From assembly GCA_023213395.1 (NCBI GenBank), contig CM041465.1, positions 179,807,741-179,871,740 of the forward strand: 64,000 nucleotides of DNA, read 5' to 3'. The notes beneath the pieces are model-generated. The model was not told the DNA's origin and ran no database searches. It was given only the letters and a program-made list of their open reading frames with translations. This document shows, in pieces, positions 52,773 to 64,000 of the stretch (the first letter of the stretch is position 1; each line of letters opens with the position of its first letter). The position numbers were made by a program, and so were the translations under genes. The DNA comes from Cycas panzhihuaensis (Eukaryota > Plantae > Cycadophyta).

Positions 52773-53552
52773 TTGATTGAAAAAAGGACGTGGTGTTTGG
52801 AGATGGAATTTACAATCATGGAGGATAATGATGTGGTTATATATTCTCCTAAAACAAATGAATACTACTTAAGAGACTCGTTTCATCCAATACCTATGTG
52901 TAATGGAGAAGACTACTTCTTTTGGACAATTAAAATGAGATGCCTCTTCATAGCTAGAGGTTTATGGAAGATTGTTATTGATGGATATGATATCCCTAAG
53001 GATGAAGAAGAAAAGGAAATGCTTGAGAAGAAAGATAGAAAGGCATTCATTATGATTTGTGCTATATTTAACAAGGCTGATCTTCCTTCCGAATACCATT
53101 TTGTCATTCCTATGATTCTACATGCAAGTACTACTAAAGAAGCTTGGGATTTTCTAAGGGAAGTACTTGAACAAACTCCTAAAGAGACACAATGAATGAT
53201 TGAAAAGGCAATTAAGGTTAGTTATGGTTATGGTACAGGTACAATGAATGAAGAAAATATCATCAACACTGATGAAACGACATGTCAAGATGAGGAATGG
53301 ATGAGTACTAATGAAATTTCTACTGAATGTAAAGAAACGATGATTGAATGTATTGATGAGACTACAACTACTAATGAAGATGTTAAAAGTGATGAATCAA
53401 TAAAGGTTTATTTAGATGACACTATTATTTCAAGAGAAATTGAATATAAATCTGATGATCCCATAAAGGATGAGTCTTGTATTGATTCAAGTCTAAATAA
53501 TGCTCCTACTTTGAGCATTGATTCAAGTTCAAAGAGTATGCAAGTTGATTAA
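52773..53552 (+). pseudogene. Truncated Copia-type gag N-terminus of H fused to an acidic low-complexity tail
   Basis: PMCNGEDYFFWTIKMRCLFIARGLWKIVIDG...KKDRKA...TTKEAWDFL; ORFs 52773..53195 and 53196..53552 are in the same frame, separated by one TGA. Confidence 0.82.
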
Positions 53553-53718
53553 GAGTTTGCTCCAAAGGTTAAAGAAATCATTGTTGTACATAGTGATTAA
53601 GAATTGATACAGGATAATAATGACAAGCAGGTTGTATTTAAAGATGGTTACCTACAGGATCTACATCAAAATCAGACTAGACCGGGATTTGCACTTGCTA
53701 GAGCTACTACATCAACAT

Positions 53719-53880
53719 CATCACTACAGGATTGAAGATGGAAATCAAGTTGAGGACATCATTCTACAAAGGCATCGTTACATAATTGAAAATGAAAATC
53801 AAGATGTAGACATCATTCTATAATAAAGACACCACTACAAGATTGAAGATAAGGATCAAGTTGAAGACATCATTTTCAAG
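53719..53880 (+). repeat. Three 54-57-bp tandem repeats just upstream of the PPT of H
   Basis: cat cac tac agg att gaa gat...gac atc att unit at 53719, 53773 and 53830. Confidence 0.85.
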
Positions 53881-56800
53881 ACATTTCTAAGGACAAGGTG
53901 TTGCAAATACAAATGACCCAAATGTGCATTAAGGGGGAGTGTTGGAATATTAATACACTTTTATTTTGTCCCACATGCAAGTGGGTCCTACTCTCACCAT
54001 CATGACATGTATTATAAATACACAACATTGTGTATCATATTGTATCAGTTGTAATGATGTTTGTTAATACAATGGAAGTACCTTAAGGGTATCGCTCAAT
54101 CTTGGAGGAGGTTTTTGTTCTGTTTGTGAATATCTTCTTACAAGTTTGATTTCTAACAAAGATGTTACACAATAAAGGATGAGTTCTTAAAGATTTGAGG
54201 TGCATTAAATCTCAAGAACCTTGTGAGTAAAAGGTTGTTGTTGTGTATAGGGGTCCCATTCATTTGTTAAAGTAGCCATTAGTATGTGCAGAGGAGAGTC
54301 CATATTTTGGAGTTGTTAGACAAGGATAAATAGAGTACACCCAAGTGTAGTTAATGAAATTCCTTCTATTTTTTATTTGGAGCAAAATATAGAGGCATGA
54401 AGATGAATGAATAAGATTGCATATGGTTGGGCTATTTTTACGGACTTCTTTATGGTATAACTAAATTTTTAGGCACTAGAATTTTTGGTTTGCTTGTCTG
54501 TTGCATTATGCACACCATTGTTGGGTACTTATTTAAGGTTTGATGTCCTTGCTAGGAAGATAGTTGGATTAAAATTCTATTGGGTGCCTCCCAATAACTA
54601 AAGATCCTTTCTTATAATGTTTAGATGAGTTCTAAGCATGGTGAGTGGCTTTGTTTATGGCTTGTCTATGTGTTAGAGTAGTCATAGGGCATGGCAATCT
54701 ATTGGGTGACTTTGGAGGCTTGTTGGGAGCTTACTGTGATTATTCAAAGTTGTTACTAGCAAATACAAAAGTGTCAAATCATTTTTCAATTATAAATCTT
54801 CATTTTACATGCCTTCTGAATGATCAAATTAATCAGAGTTAATCAAAATCACTGTTGGATGCTACACAATATCCACATAGGCATGCGTGACAAATTTTTT
54901 CAAAGGATATGTTGATTTTTAATGTTATAATATTTTATAACATTGTATTAATATATTAAAACATTTTAAAAGTTGTGTGAAGTCCACAATCCCTCTAGAG
55001 TGGTCACATGGTTATTTGATATGACCAGACATGTTTTTGAAGGGGGGCCTAATCTTAATTTTTTCCCTATTTTTATTTTTGTATGACCTACTAGCAATGT
55101 TTTCTCTATAACTTTTTAGTGGGGTGTCATATTGAGGTGTTGTATATTTCGTTGAATTTATTGCTTTGATACAGGTAAAATGAGTGGTTACATGACCTAT
55201 TTTAAGCTTTTTGAGAAGAAAATTTTAATTGAAAAACTTAATGCTTTCATGGTGAAACATTTTAAAAATGTTCTTTTTGGTTAAAATTTTAGGCATGGTT
55301 CAATATGCATCTGATTAACATAGTTTTGATGAAAACCTAGAAGTTGTGAATGGTTAATGTGTTGAAATTTGTCACATCATAGTGCAAGTATACTTTGGAT
55401 GGACCTAGTGACAAGTTCATGTTCGAAAATATTTTTAATAGCTACAATGGTTATTTATAGGTCTTGTGAATGGGATGTTGTTAAATAGCCTATATTCTTT
55501 GCTTAAATTAGATCTAAAAAAGAGCATGTATAAGGAAAGCACACTTTAGTGGAGAAGTTAATGAACCATGTATTCAAAGAGCATCCTAGAGCACTAGCAG
55601 GTATGGCAACTAGTTACCCATATGCATAAGTAGATGGTTGTCTCTTCATATGGATGTTAGCTTGTGACATGAATTAAATCTTATGGGGAAGATTATTTGG
55701 ATGTAATATTAAATTTATATATTAACTATCCCTCATGTTGACTAAGGGATGCACATATTTGAGGTACTCTTTATAGGTGGTCTATATTAAGAGTTGTGCT
55801 ATTGGTTCATGAGTTGTTATAGAGGCTTACTAGTATGATTGGCCTACAAAGAGGTCATTATTACTATATATACACTTATCATTAACACAAACCCCTTGAG
55901 GGATGCACATTCTTCCACCAATTCTATTTGCATACTTTTATAGTACATGGTTATTTAATCTCTTTATTTATAATTTATGCATGGATTAGTCTTTTATTTT
56001 CTAATAATCCTTAGTGTTTTTTCCTAGTGTGGACTTTCCTCTAGTAGGTTTATTTTAAGTTTATTTTCTCCCTAGTATGTCACTTCATAAAAAATAATTA
56101 GAAAAAGAAAATTAAAAAATTAAAAAACAAAATCTTACCTTTAAGACAAGTCCAAACAACTCTTGATTTTAATCAATAACTACTAAAGAGGTTAAATTAT
56201 GGTAATCACCTATGGCTTCTAAGCCTACACCTTTAGATTTTTAGGCAATCCCTCTTATGCCCAAAGTTAATACTAGCTCTAAGACAAGCTTAAATAACTC
56301 CTCTTCCAAAGGGTAGTCATTAATGAGGATAAAATAGGATGGCAATCCTTGGCTTCCACTTCCAAAATCCTTAGCTTTCAAGTCCAATCCCTTTGATCAT
56401 TGAGGAAACCATCAGGTGCCTAAGATCACTCTAAAAATAGTCACTAATAAGGATAAACTATAGTGACATTTTTGTACTTGTCTAGGTTTCATCATGGTTT
56501 CTAAGCTCATCATGAAATTTTGACTTTAAAGTTTATCTCTACCTTATTTGGCACACCTCTGAAACTCTTGCCAATGAAGATAAATTAGTGGAAGCATTCT
56601 ATGAACACCTACTAAGGAGGCTAAACTATAGTAGACTACCTTCCTTTATCATTTTAATAGGTGTGTAAATAGTCCATATAGGGTATTATTAATAGCATTC
56701 ACCATTTTGTAGTACAGGTCTAAAGAGGTTCTGTTACAAAGAAGGCAAGTGTTTCTTATAAATTGAGAAGTCCATATTCATCCCAACATGAATAAGTGAA

Positions 56801-58832
56801 GGTATGTACTTTTTGTTTCTTATTTTAATTTAGTTATTAGCTTTCATAAACATATATAATAGTGTTTGTCTATTGTCTTGGTGAATGGGGGTATGTATGT
56901 ATGAATTTAATTGATGATGAGTCTAATCATGATTAATGGCAAAATAAGTTATCCATCTAAGCTTAATGGATTGCAAAATGACTTCTATATACCTCTTCAA
57001 ATTCTTTCTACCTTACTTCTACCTCTATTTACAATGATTTTCTACTTATCTTGCTGTGTCAAATACTTTTTCTATCACAACCTTTATTTTTCTACTTGTT
57101 TTTCCTTGTCCCATGAAGTTTTCTATCTGTTATAGATTCTTTATCATAAAGTACATATGTTATAGATCTTGGGGAGGTAGTGGACATGTTTTTGTCCTTA
57201 GAAAGATTGTTGCAATTACATAGGTGGTAAAATAGTTATTAAGAAATTTTTGATATGTGGCATTAAAGTTATACTTTATTGGTAGTCATCTTCTTTCATG
57301 GTTGTCAGGGTCCTAAACAAAGTGAGTTCTTATTTCAAAAGTTATTATTGTTGAGAGGTATTTAATCATATTTGATGAGTGTTATAAATTTAAAGTTTTA
57401 GAATTTTGAATCCCCTAGAAGATTGAAGTTTCATGTTTGAATTTTATAATCAACCAATGGCAAGGGTAAATTGTGATGTTGATTCATATACAAGTTGAAG
57501 ATTGTGGTAGAGTTTGAACCTTTTTTTTAAGGTGTGATACATGCCAGACTAAAGTAAAGAGCTATTGGTAAAAACATATTATGCTTGGATAAAAAGAAGG
57601 GTGTGAAAAGCTAAATTTTCATAAGGTAGTTATATAAACACCATCCAAGCTCAAGAACAATGATAAGGACTCGTACTATTCAAGTAGGAAGATGGAAGAA
57701 TATTAGCATTCTAGGATGGTTTTTTATCTCAATTAAAACTTGAAAGAATTTAACGTGGCATTAGGCGCTTGTAAATATTTTCTATTACAGATTTGACTGG
57801 TGGCCTTATATCCTAATTACTGCTAAAGAGAAAGAGAAGATATCATTAGCATGAAATCATTTTAGAATGTCTTTAATAGAGCATAGACTAAAACACAAAT
57901 TATAAGTAAAGGCATTGGCCATTGATATGAAAAATTGGAAGGCTTTACCTTTAATAATGAGCCATTTACTTATATATAATCTATCGCTTTTTGTTTGGTA
58001 ATGGTTGAGAGACTAATTCTAATCATAAGGCACAATGAATATCATTGATTAACCACACAAGGCAACATAGCACATAGGTTATATTTTATTGGCACCGAAA
58101 ATCTACTTTTACTTATTGCCCAACTTTGGACATAGATCTAAAGTTTTAAACTCAAGATAATCTTCTAATAACAATTCATTAGATCAATACAATTATGTTT
58201 TAATGCCAAGAAATAAAACATTTATTCATATGTTTAATTCCAAAGTTAATGGGTACTTGATTAGGCCTTTGGAAACCTAACTCCTTTATTGTTCTTTGTT
58301 TGAAGACTTATTTAGTAGTAAGTATTACTCATTAAACTTAACAGAAACCTTCTTAGTAAAAGATGTGACTTAGTCAAAGTAGTAAAATCAATAAAATTTT
58401 ACCAAATGGCTATCAAAATAGTTGGGCATTGTTGTGCTATCAACTTAAAAACTAATTTGCATTAAGAACATTCATGAAATGCCATATAGACATTAGCATT
58501 ACAAGACCTGAAAGTTGTGCTACCATCATACTAGTTAAGAAAGAAGATACCCTAAAGGCTTCATGTAGTGAGCCTTGTCACAAAGGATTCTTCTATTACT
58601 GAAATCTCACAAAGGTTCTTAGTAAGTAAAAGCACTTTCACTATTGACTAATCTTCTTGATTCTCTTATTTCTATGAAAACATGGCTTAACATCATGATA
58701 GTCTCAAGTTGTTAAGAAGAAAAAGAGTATAAACCAATGATATTCAAGGACATTTTATGAACATGCAACTTTAATGATGTTCTAAAGAAGATATTTTGGC
58801 AACTAAGTTACATACTATTTCCTAACTACCAG

Positions 58833-58868
58833 GAATGGATCAAGATGCTGCCACACAGATAAGTGCAG
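58833..58868 (+). other. Candidate 36-nt host micro-exon
   Basis: ...tttcctaactacCAG|GAATGGATCAAGATGCTGCCACACAGATAAGTGCAG|GTATGT; open in phase 1 (xMDQDAATQISA); flanks lack recognisable TE motifs. Confidence 0.35.
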
Positions 58869-61188
58869 GTATGTGTTTCTAACCTGCCTCTCATTACATT
58901 TCTCATGGTTCTTTGCTTCATGTGATGCTTGGGTGACTATTAGATGGATGCTTGTTTGGTTTTCTTGGCTTGCTTGTGTATTCTTTTATACCGATGATGA
59001 CCAAGACTCTGGTCTAATGGCTTTGGAGCCCCCATTGTGGTCTACCAATCGATAAGGTGACCTTTTGTGTCCTCTGCAACTTCATTTTGATCGAGTTTTG
59101 GCTCATTATTGCTTGTTCCAGTTTGCTCTTTTACCCCTATTGCATGTGATTGGTCATTAAGATGCCTTAGGGATAGCCTACAAAAGTTTGAAGTGAGAAT
59201 TTATAGTTTTTCAGTCAATTTTGGTGAACTAATACTGCCTTGTGTTGATTATTATCTGACTTACAAAGTATCTCATGGTATTGAGGAGATGTTCATAGTA
59301 CCATAGAAAACTTTATGGTTCAATTGTTATAATAATTGCACGTAGCTACCAATATTCAATTTTAGTTATTAATGCTCCTTTAACATGTTAAGCACCTCAT
59401 GGCAAGCCCAGATGGGGGTGCAACAGTCTGGGGCAGTATGCTAATGAATCAACTTTCTACTTTTGTTTGAATTTGGGTGCAATTTTTCAAATGAAAGAGG
59501 ACTTACTCATGGGTTTTGGAAAGAAAACATCAATTAAGTTTTGAGGTTTGAATGTAAAAGCTCTAAGATCTTCTTCTGGTCAAAAAAAAAAAACCTTCTT
59601 TCTCTTCTCATCTCTTCTTCCTTCTCTAGTGCACTTGGTTTTACATGAAATTCACTCTTCCAAGAGTTAGAAGAGGCATTTTCCTACTAGTGCAGTCACA
59701 AACAACAAGCATCTTTATGTGAAATGGGTAAGATCTAACTATGTTATGGTTATTCAACAAAAATCATTATGATTAGCTCTAATTTCAGTTACTTAATTCC
59801 TTTTTCCTTTATTTCTAAGCTTGAAGACTATGGTCCATAACCTCCATTGGTACCATTCCTTTGAACATTGAGGAAAATCACCTTGTCTAAGCTAAAAACA
59901 CCATTCAACTACTATCATTTTATTAGAAGAGGAATTGGAGCCACACACCAATAGCTATAGGGAGTTTGAGAAGGGTAATAGGTGCAACTATCAACATTTG
60001 CACCCCCTTTACTCTTTGGGCAATCCCCTCCCAAGCCACATGGTGTTGAACCTCCTTGTGCATGCACCCTCTATTCTAATTTTGGCCATGTAGCCATATG
60101 ATTTGGTGAGTATAAGTTGTTGATTGACAAGAATCCTTCTTACCTTGGTGTTGCACCTACTCTGCTTGGCTTATTGTATGAGTTGCAGGGATTGGAAGGT
60201 TCTCCTTAGCTTTAGTAAGAAGACCACTTTCATTGGGAGGCTAGTGCTATCTTGAGTCCCCCCCCCCCCCCCCCCCTCGCCCCCTTCGCCTTTTTCCTTG
60301 CTTCTTGATATTTTCCCTTATATTTGGATATTTTGAAATGAAGATTAAGATCTGTTTGTGATGCTTGTTATTTCTTTGGATGAAAGTAGGAAATGGTTTA
60401 TGAGACATACATATACACATGTTGTAAATATCTCATTTGGATAGCCTTTTTTCATTGTGCATGTAGGGTAGAAGACAAGTCCTTCCAAAGCATCTTGGAG
60501 GACATAGAGGTGAATCATTCTCCTTGAGGTAAACTCTATTTATATTTTCTTATATGCACTTTGTTTCCATTGTCCTTCCTTTATTTAAATACTATTCTTA
60601 ACTAGATTAGGGGTGGGTAAGTGGAGCCCCATCACTATTCAACTCTTCTACAGCAAAGGTAGCCTTAACTCAAGTAAAGGAGATCAAGGAGGAACAAGGC
60701 TAGAGATGTCACCAACCATCGTGAACTAGGTACACCTCTTTAAACCTTATCCTCCTCATAATTACTTTACCTTTTGTGAGTGGTTCCTATCCTAAATTCC
60801 CCCTATCAAGAAAACTTCTCCCCCTTTCCTTTTGGGTTTGTTCTTATTGACTTCATATGCATACAAAAAAAAAAGAAAAAGGGTTTAGCTTAAAGGACAT
60901 CCCTCATTGTGTGCACTGGAAAAGAAATTACTTTAGAGGAAAGAGCACTTGTTTCTCTCTTTCTTTTTTATCTCAATGTAAAAAGCACATTAGGGAAGGA
61001 TGTTGAATTAGACTTGCATATAAAGGAAAGACACTACTTTTCACTCATTTACTTTCACTCTCCACTGCATTAATATCTCTCTTTTTTATGATTAGTGTAT
61101 TGTCTTATAGTCCTTTTTATCTTTTCAAGATAAAAGAGATAAAGAGTGCATATTGAGAGCGAGGCTTAGTGTTCATTATATATTGATT

Positions 61189-61561
61189 AGTTCATCACAT
61201 TCTTTAGTTATTTTGCTTCATTGCAACATACACACAAACTAGCTATATTAACTAAAAACCTAAGCAAAACATACCACTACCACACAACCTCAATGGAATC
61301 AACCAAACAAAGAAAAACTAACCAAACTCCTTCTTCTTCTATTGCTTGTCATTTGTCATCATACCTTCTCCCACAAGGAAACCTTTTCCTTTTCCTTCTA
61401 AGCAAGGATAGAAGAAACTTGGTTAGGCAACTCAATAACCTAAGAGGCCCAAACTCTTCTTAACCCATCACACTATATACTAATCAAACCAACATACCAA
61501 CTACACCTACTAACCAATCAAACCTAAAACCCTATAGGAAAAGGAGGGAATGCACATCACA
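61189..61561 (-). mobile_element. Possible solo LTR inside the LTR of J
   Basis: Compositionally distinct A/C-rich block, minus-strand start TGTGATGTGC, flanked by TGATT at 61184-61188 and 61562-61566; the other terminus is non-canonical. Confidence 0.4.
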
Positions 61562-61879
61562 TGATTTCCTGAATCTTCACCCAAGCGGTGCATGGATGTC
61601 CTTTAAGAGCAAACAAAATCTATATTATACCCCTTATGCATTTACACCATAAGCCTATCACTTGTAGGTATGTCATTGTTTCTTATTACCCCTACAGGCA
61701 AGCTTCCACTGGCAACCAAACTAGGGAACCACCAATGAGGATACCTCAAGATTCCTTCGATTTCCTAGCCCTAGCCCCTTCTTATCTTATAGGGTATTGA
61801 TAGGGTATTATATTATTTCAACACCTTCTTTTAAATTGATTCTGTTATTTCTAAGGCTCTTGGGTGGATATGTAAATGC

Positions 61880-64000
61880 GATGCTTCTCTAAATCGCCTC
61901 ATAACCCCCCTCCTCTTTAGAAATAGAGCCTAGTTATTCTTCCATTGCTACATCTAATCCAAGATCACCAATGGACGGGTACCCATCATATTGGGCTTAC
62001 CATTCCTTTACTTCTAATTGGCCTTGCCCTGAGACCTCTTACCCTCATCAGGATCACACCCAAGAGGGTAATGATCCAACTTATTATCTGGATAAGCAAC
62101 GAAAAGTTCATCCAGACCTTTCCTCTTTTCCTACACATGTCATAGGAGAATCCTTCCCTATGGATCCCTCTCACCCTAGTGAGAAGGCTCTTATAGAGCA
62201 TCCTGCTAGTTCTAACCATTATGAGGAACCTTCTACCTTATATGAGTAAGTTGGCACCCCTCTAGGGGATGCAATGGAAGTATTAAGATAATTCTTTGAA
62301 GCTGCAAGTGCTCAATCACCTCTTAAGTGGTTAGAACATTTCCTTCAAAGTGTGGCACCCTCTTCCTCTATTGTTATTCTTCCTACATCGTCTCAACCCA
62401 TATCCTCTTCTTCTTCGGAGTCCTCTCTCACAGTTCCCCTACCTATAAGTACTCCCTTGACTCAAAGGATGCCCCATAGTATGCCAACCTCTCAAATAAG
62501 GTCAAGCATACTTCATGTCCAAATCACCATACCACGATCAATTGTTACTCATGATGATTCAGTTCCACATATGATCCCTTCACATTCTCATAGTTTGAGG
62601 CTTGGGGGATTCGTTATTATTCCCCCTTGCCCATGACCTATGGATGCTTCTCTTTATGTACCCCTAGGATACACATCATAGCTTTATGGGCATGGGGGCT
62701 AAACCCCCTTCTAACTTATGGGGTGGACCCACTCCACCCCTATGGGGTTGCCCCTCTTGTAGGAGGACCTTATGGGAAAAACTCAATCCCTTATCCTATG
62801 CCTCCCATGTCATGTATGACCTCAAGTGTATTCACTCCATGAGGGGGACTTGTTCTCCCTCACATCCCACATTCTCATATGACTGCCCCCTCGAGGGCAT
62901 ACTCACATCCTTTTTCTACGCATATAATGTGTCCTTTTGGTGGGTTGAGACCTTCTCACTTGTCCCCTTATATGACATCCCAATGTAGGGGCAACTCCCT
63001 CTTACCAGCTAGGGAGAAACATGCCTCCTCCTTATAGTTATTCCTCCTGCTTCCTGGAGGATGTAAGTGGCTACTCGTACCCATCTCCTTCTTCTTCCTA
63101 AGTTGACCTGTTAATTCAACTAGAGGTCCACCCATTCATTGACTATTATTCAACCCCTCTATCCATCGAGGCCCTTAAGACTAACCTACTGCCTCATCCC
63201 CCTGGAGTACCTAAATTTGATGGTACTTCTTTACGGGACCCAATCAAGCACGTCAGGGGCTTTACCATGGCATGTATCGACTATTGGGCCTATAACCACA
63301 TCCTAATGAAACTCTTCCTAAGATCCATTTAGGGAGATGCATTGAAATGGTTCTACTATCTCCTAACTCATTCTATTGTCACTTTTTAGCAGTTAGTTGA
63401 CGAGTTTGTCAACTACTTCAATGTGGCCAAACCCTTCGAAAGTAGAGTCAAAACCCTTCTATCATTGAAATAGGGTCACGATGAACTTAATTATGACTTT
63501 GTAAGATGATTCCATGATCTCCTTCACTCCTCTAAGGCCACTTTACTTGAAGAGTTGAAGAGAGATATCTTTGTTAGTTCCCTTCACCCTGAGGTGCTCG
63601 TGGAATCCTCAAAATGAGGGCAACGACATGTGATTCTGCCATAGCCAAATACTTGGTGTTAGAGGATATTGAGATACAAGTAAGTCTCAAGAAGCCTCCT
63701 AAGCAATTGCAACATCGCGAGGTAGCCCCTCTAGTACGTGACCAAAAGGGTCAACAACAACCCCTAAGGCTTCCTACTGGCACAATCGATAGGACCTTGG
63801 TTCCTCTTACTTCTATCATGCATTCCTTCAATATATGGTTAGAGAATTAAAACTTCAACTAACCCAAGCATCCTCAGAATCACATGAAACGGTACACCAA
63901 ACATCTCAAATCATGCCACCTAAAGGTAGAAGTACCTAGACATCTCAAGGGAGGAAAGGAAAACCCCCTCCCAATAAGAAATGGTGTTATGTACATGGAT
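61880..64000 (+). pseudogene. gag: gag of element J
   Basis: GVPKFDGTSLRDPIKHVRGFTMACIDYWAYNHILMKLFLRSI*GDALKWFYYL at about 63200-63365; collinear with 2830-5050. Confidence 0.85.

Larger units (their letters stand above)
43672..54158 (+). mobile_element. Element H: gag-only (TR-GAG-like) Copia-derived element; LTRs 43672-43891 and 53940-54158
   Basis: LTRs of ~220 bp; PBS TGGTATCAGAG at 43892; PPT AAGGGGGAG at 53931-53939; perfect TSD AAGAT. Confidence 0.92.
43022..56006 (+). mobile_element. Element F: non-coding non-autonomous LTR element; LTRs 43022-~43333 and 55694-56006
   Basis: LTR pair of ~312 bp; PBS TGGTATCAAATCC at 43336; PPT GGGGAAGA before 55694; TSD ATCCC/ATCCT. Confidence 0.88.
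35591..57130 (+). mobile_element. Element G: old non-autonomous Tat-type LTR element hosting F/H/I; 3' LTR truncated (56750-57130)
   Basis: 35591-35970 aligns with 56750-57130 (both start TGTTTC); purine tract AAAGAAGGCAAG precedes 56750; aRH remnant and Tat-type 3' motif array. The 5' LTR end and PBS could not be placed with confidence. Confidence 0.72.
59400..64000 (+). mobile_element. Element J: 5' part of a Tat-type element related to A; LTR ends at 61708 (start uncertain)
   Basis: TTCCA-C-TGGCAACCAAACTAGGGA (PBS 61710-61727) parallels the LTR/PBS junction of A; downstream sequence is homologous to gag of A. Confidence 0.75.

Overview
This window is plant nuclear DNA, most likely from a large, heavily methylated gymnosperm-type genome (inferred from the element types), and is almost entirely a stack of decayed, nested LTR retrotransposons. 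No intact host gene, RNA gene or CRISPR array is visible. From left to right: (A) 1-15253, a Tat/Ogre-type Gypsy with long LTRs that carries gag and protease but no recognisable RT or integrase, plus an antisense, intron-containing Plant Mobile Domain (PMD) gene and a separate archaeal-type RNase H (aRH) ORF; (B) 17093-~21775, a minus-strand non-autonomous Copia-like element; (C) ~21775-33920, a minus-strand chromovirus whose gag is interrupted by (D) a full-length Copia at 26164-33145 (TSD ACCAT); then a five-level nest of Gypsy fragment E, Tat-type G (35591-57130), non-coding F (43022-56006), gag-only H (43672-54158) and the youngest element, chromovirus I (44559-50952). After that come a possible 36-nt host micro-exon at 58833-58868 and the 5' part of another A-like Tat element (J) running off the end. 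The most interesting candidates are the divergent PMD/aRH accessory cassette of A, CpG-decayed CGCGGTACCGCG palindromes shared by A's LTRs and the PMD upstream region, and a repeated conserved-loop hairpin motif (GAGGTTAAACTA) arrayed in the 3' regions of the Tat elements. All alignments and translations outside the ORF track were done by eye.
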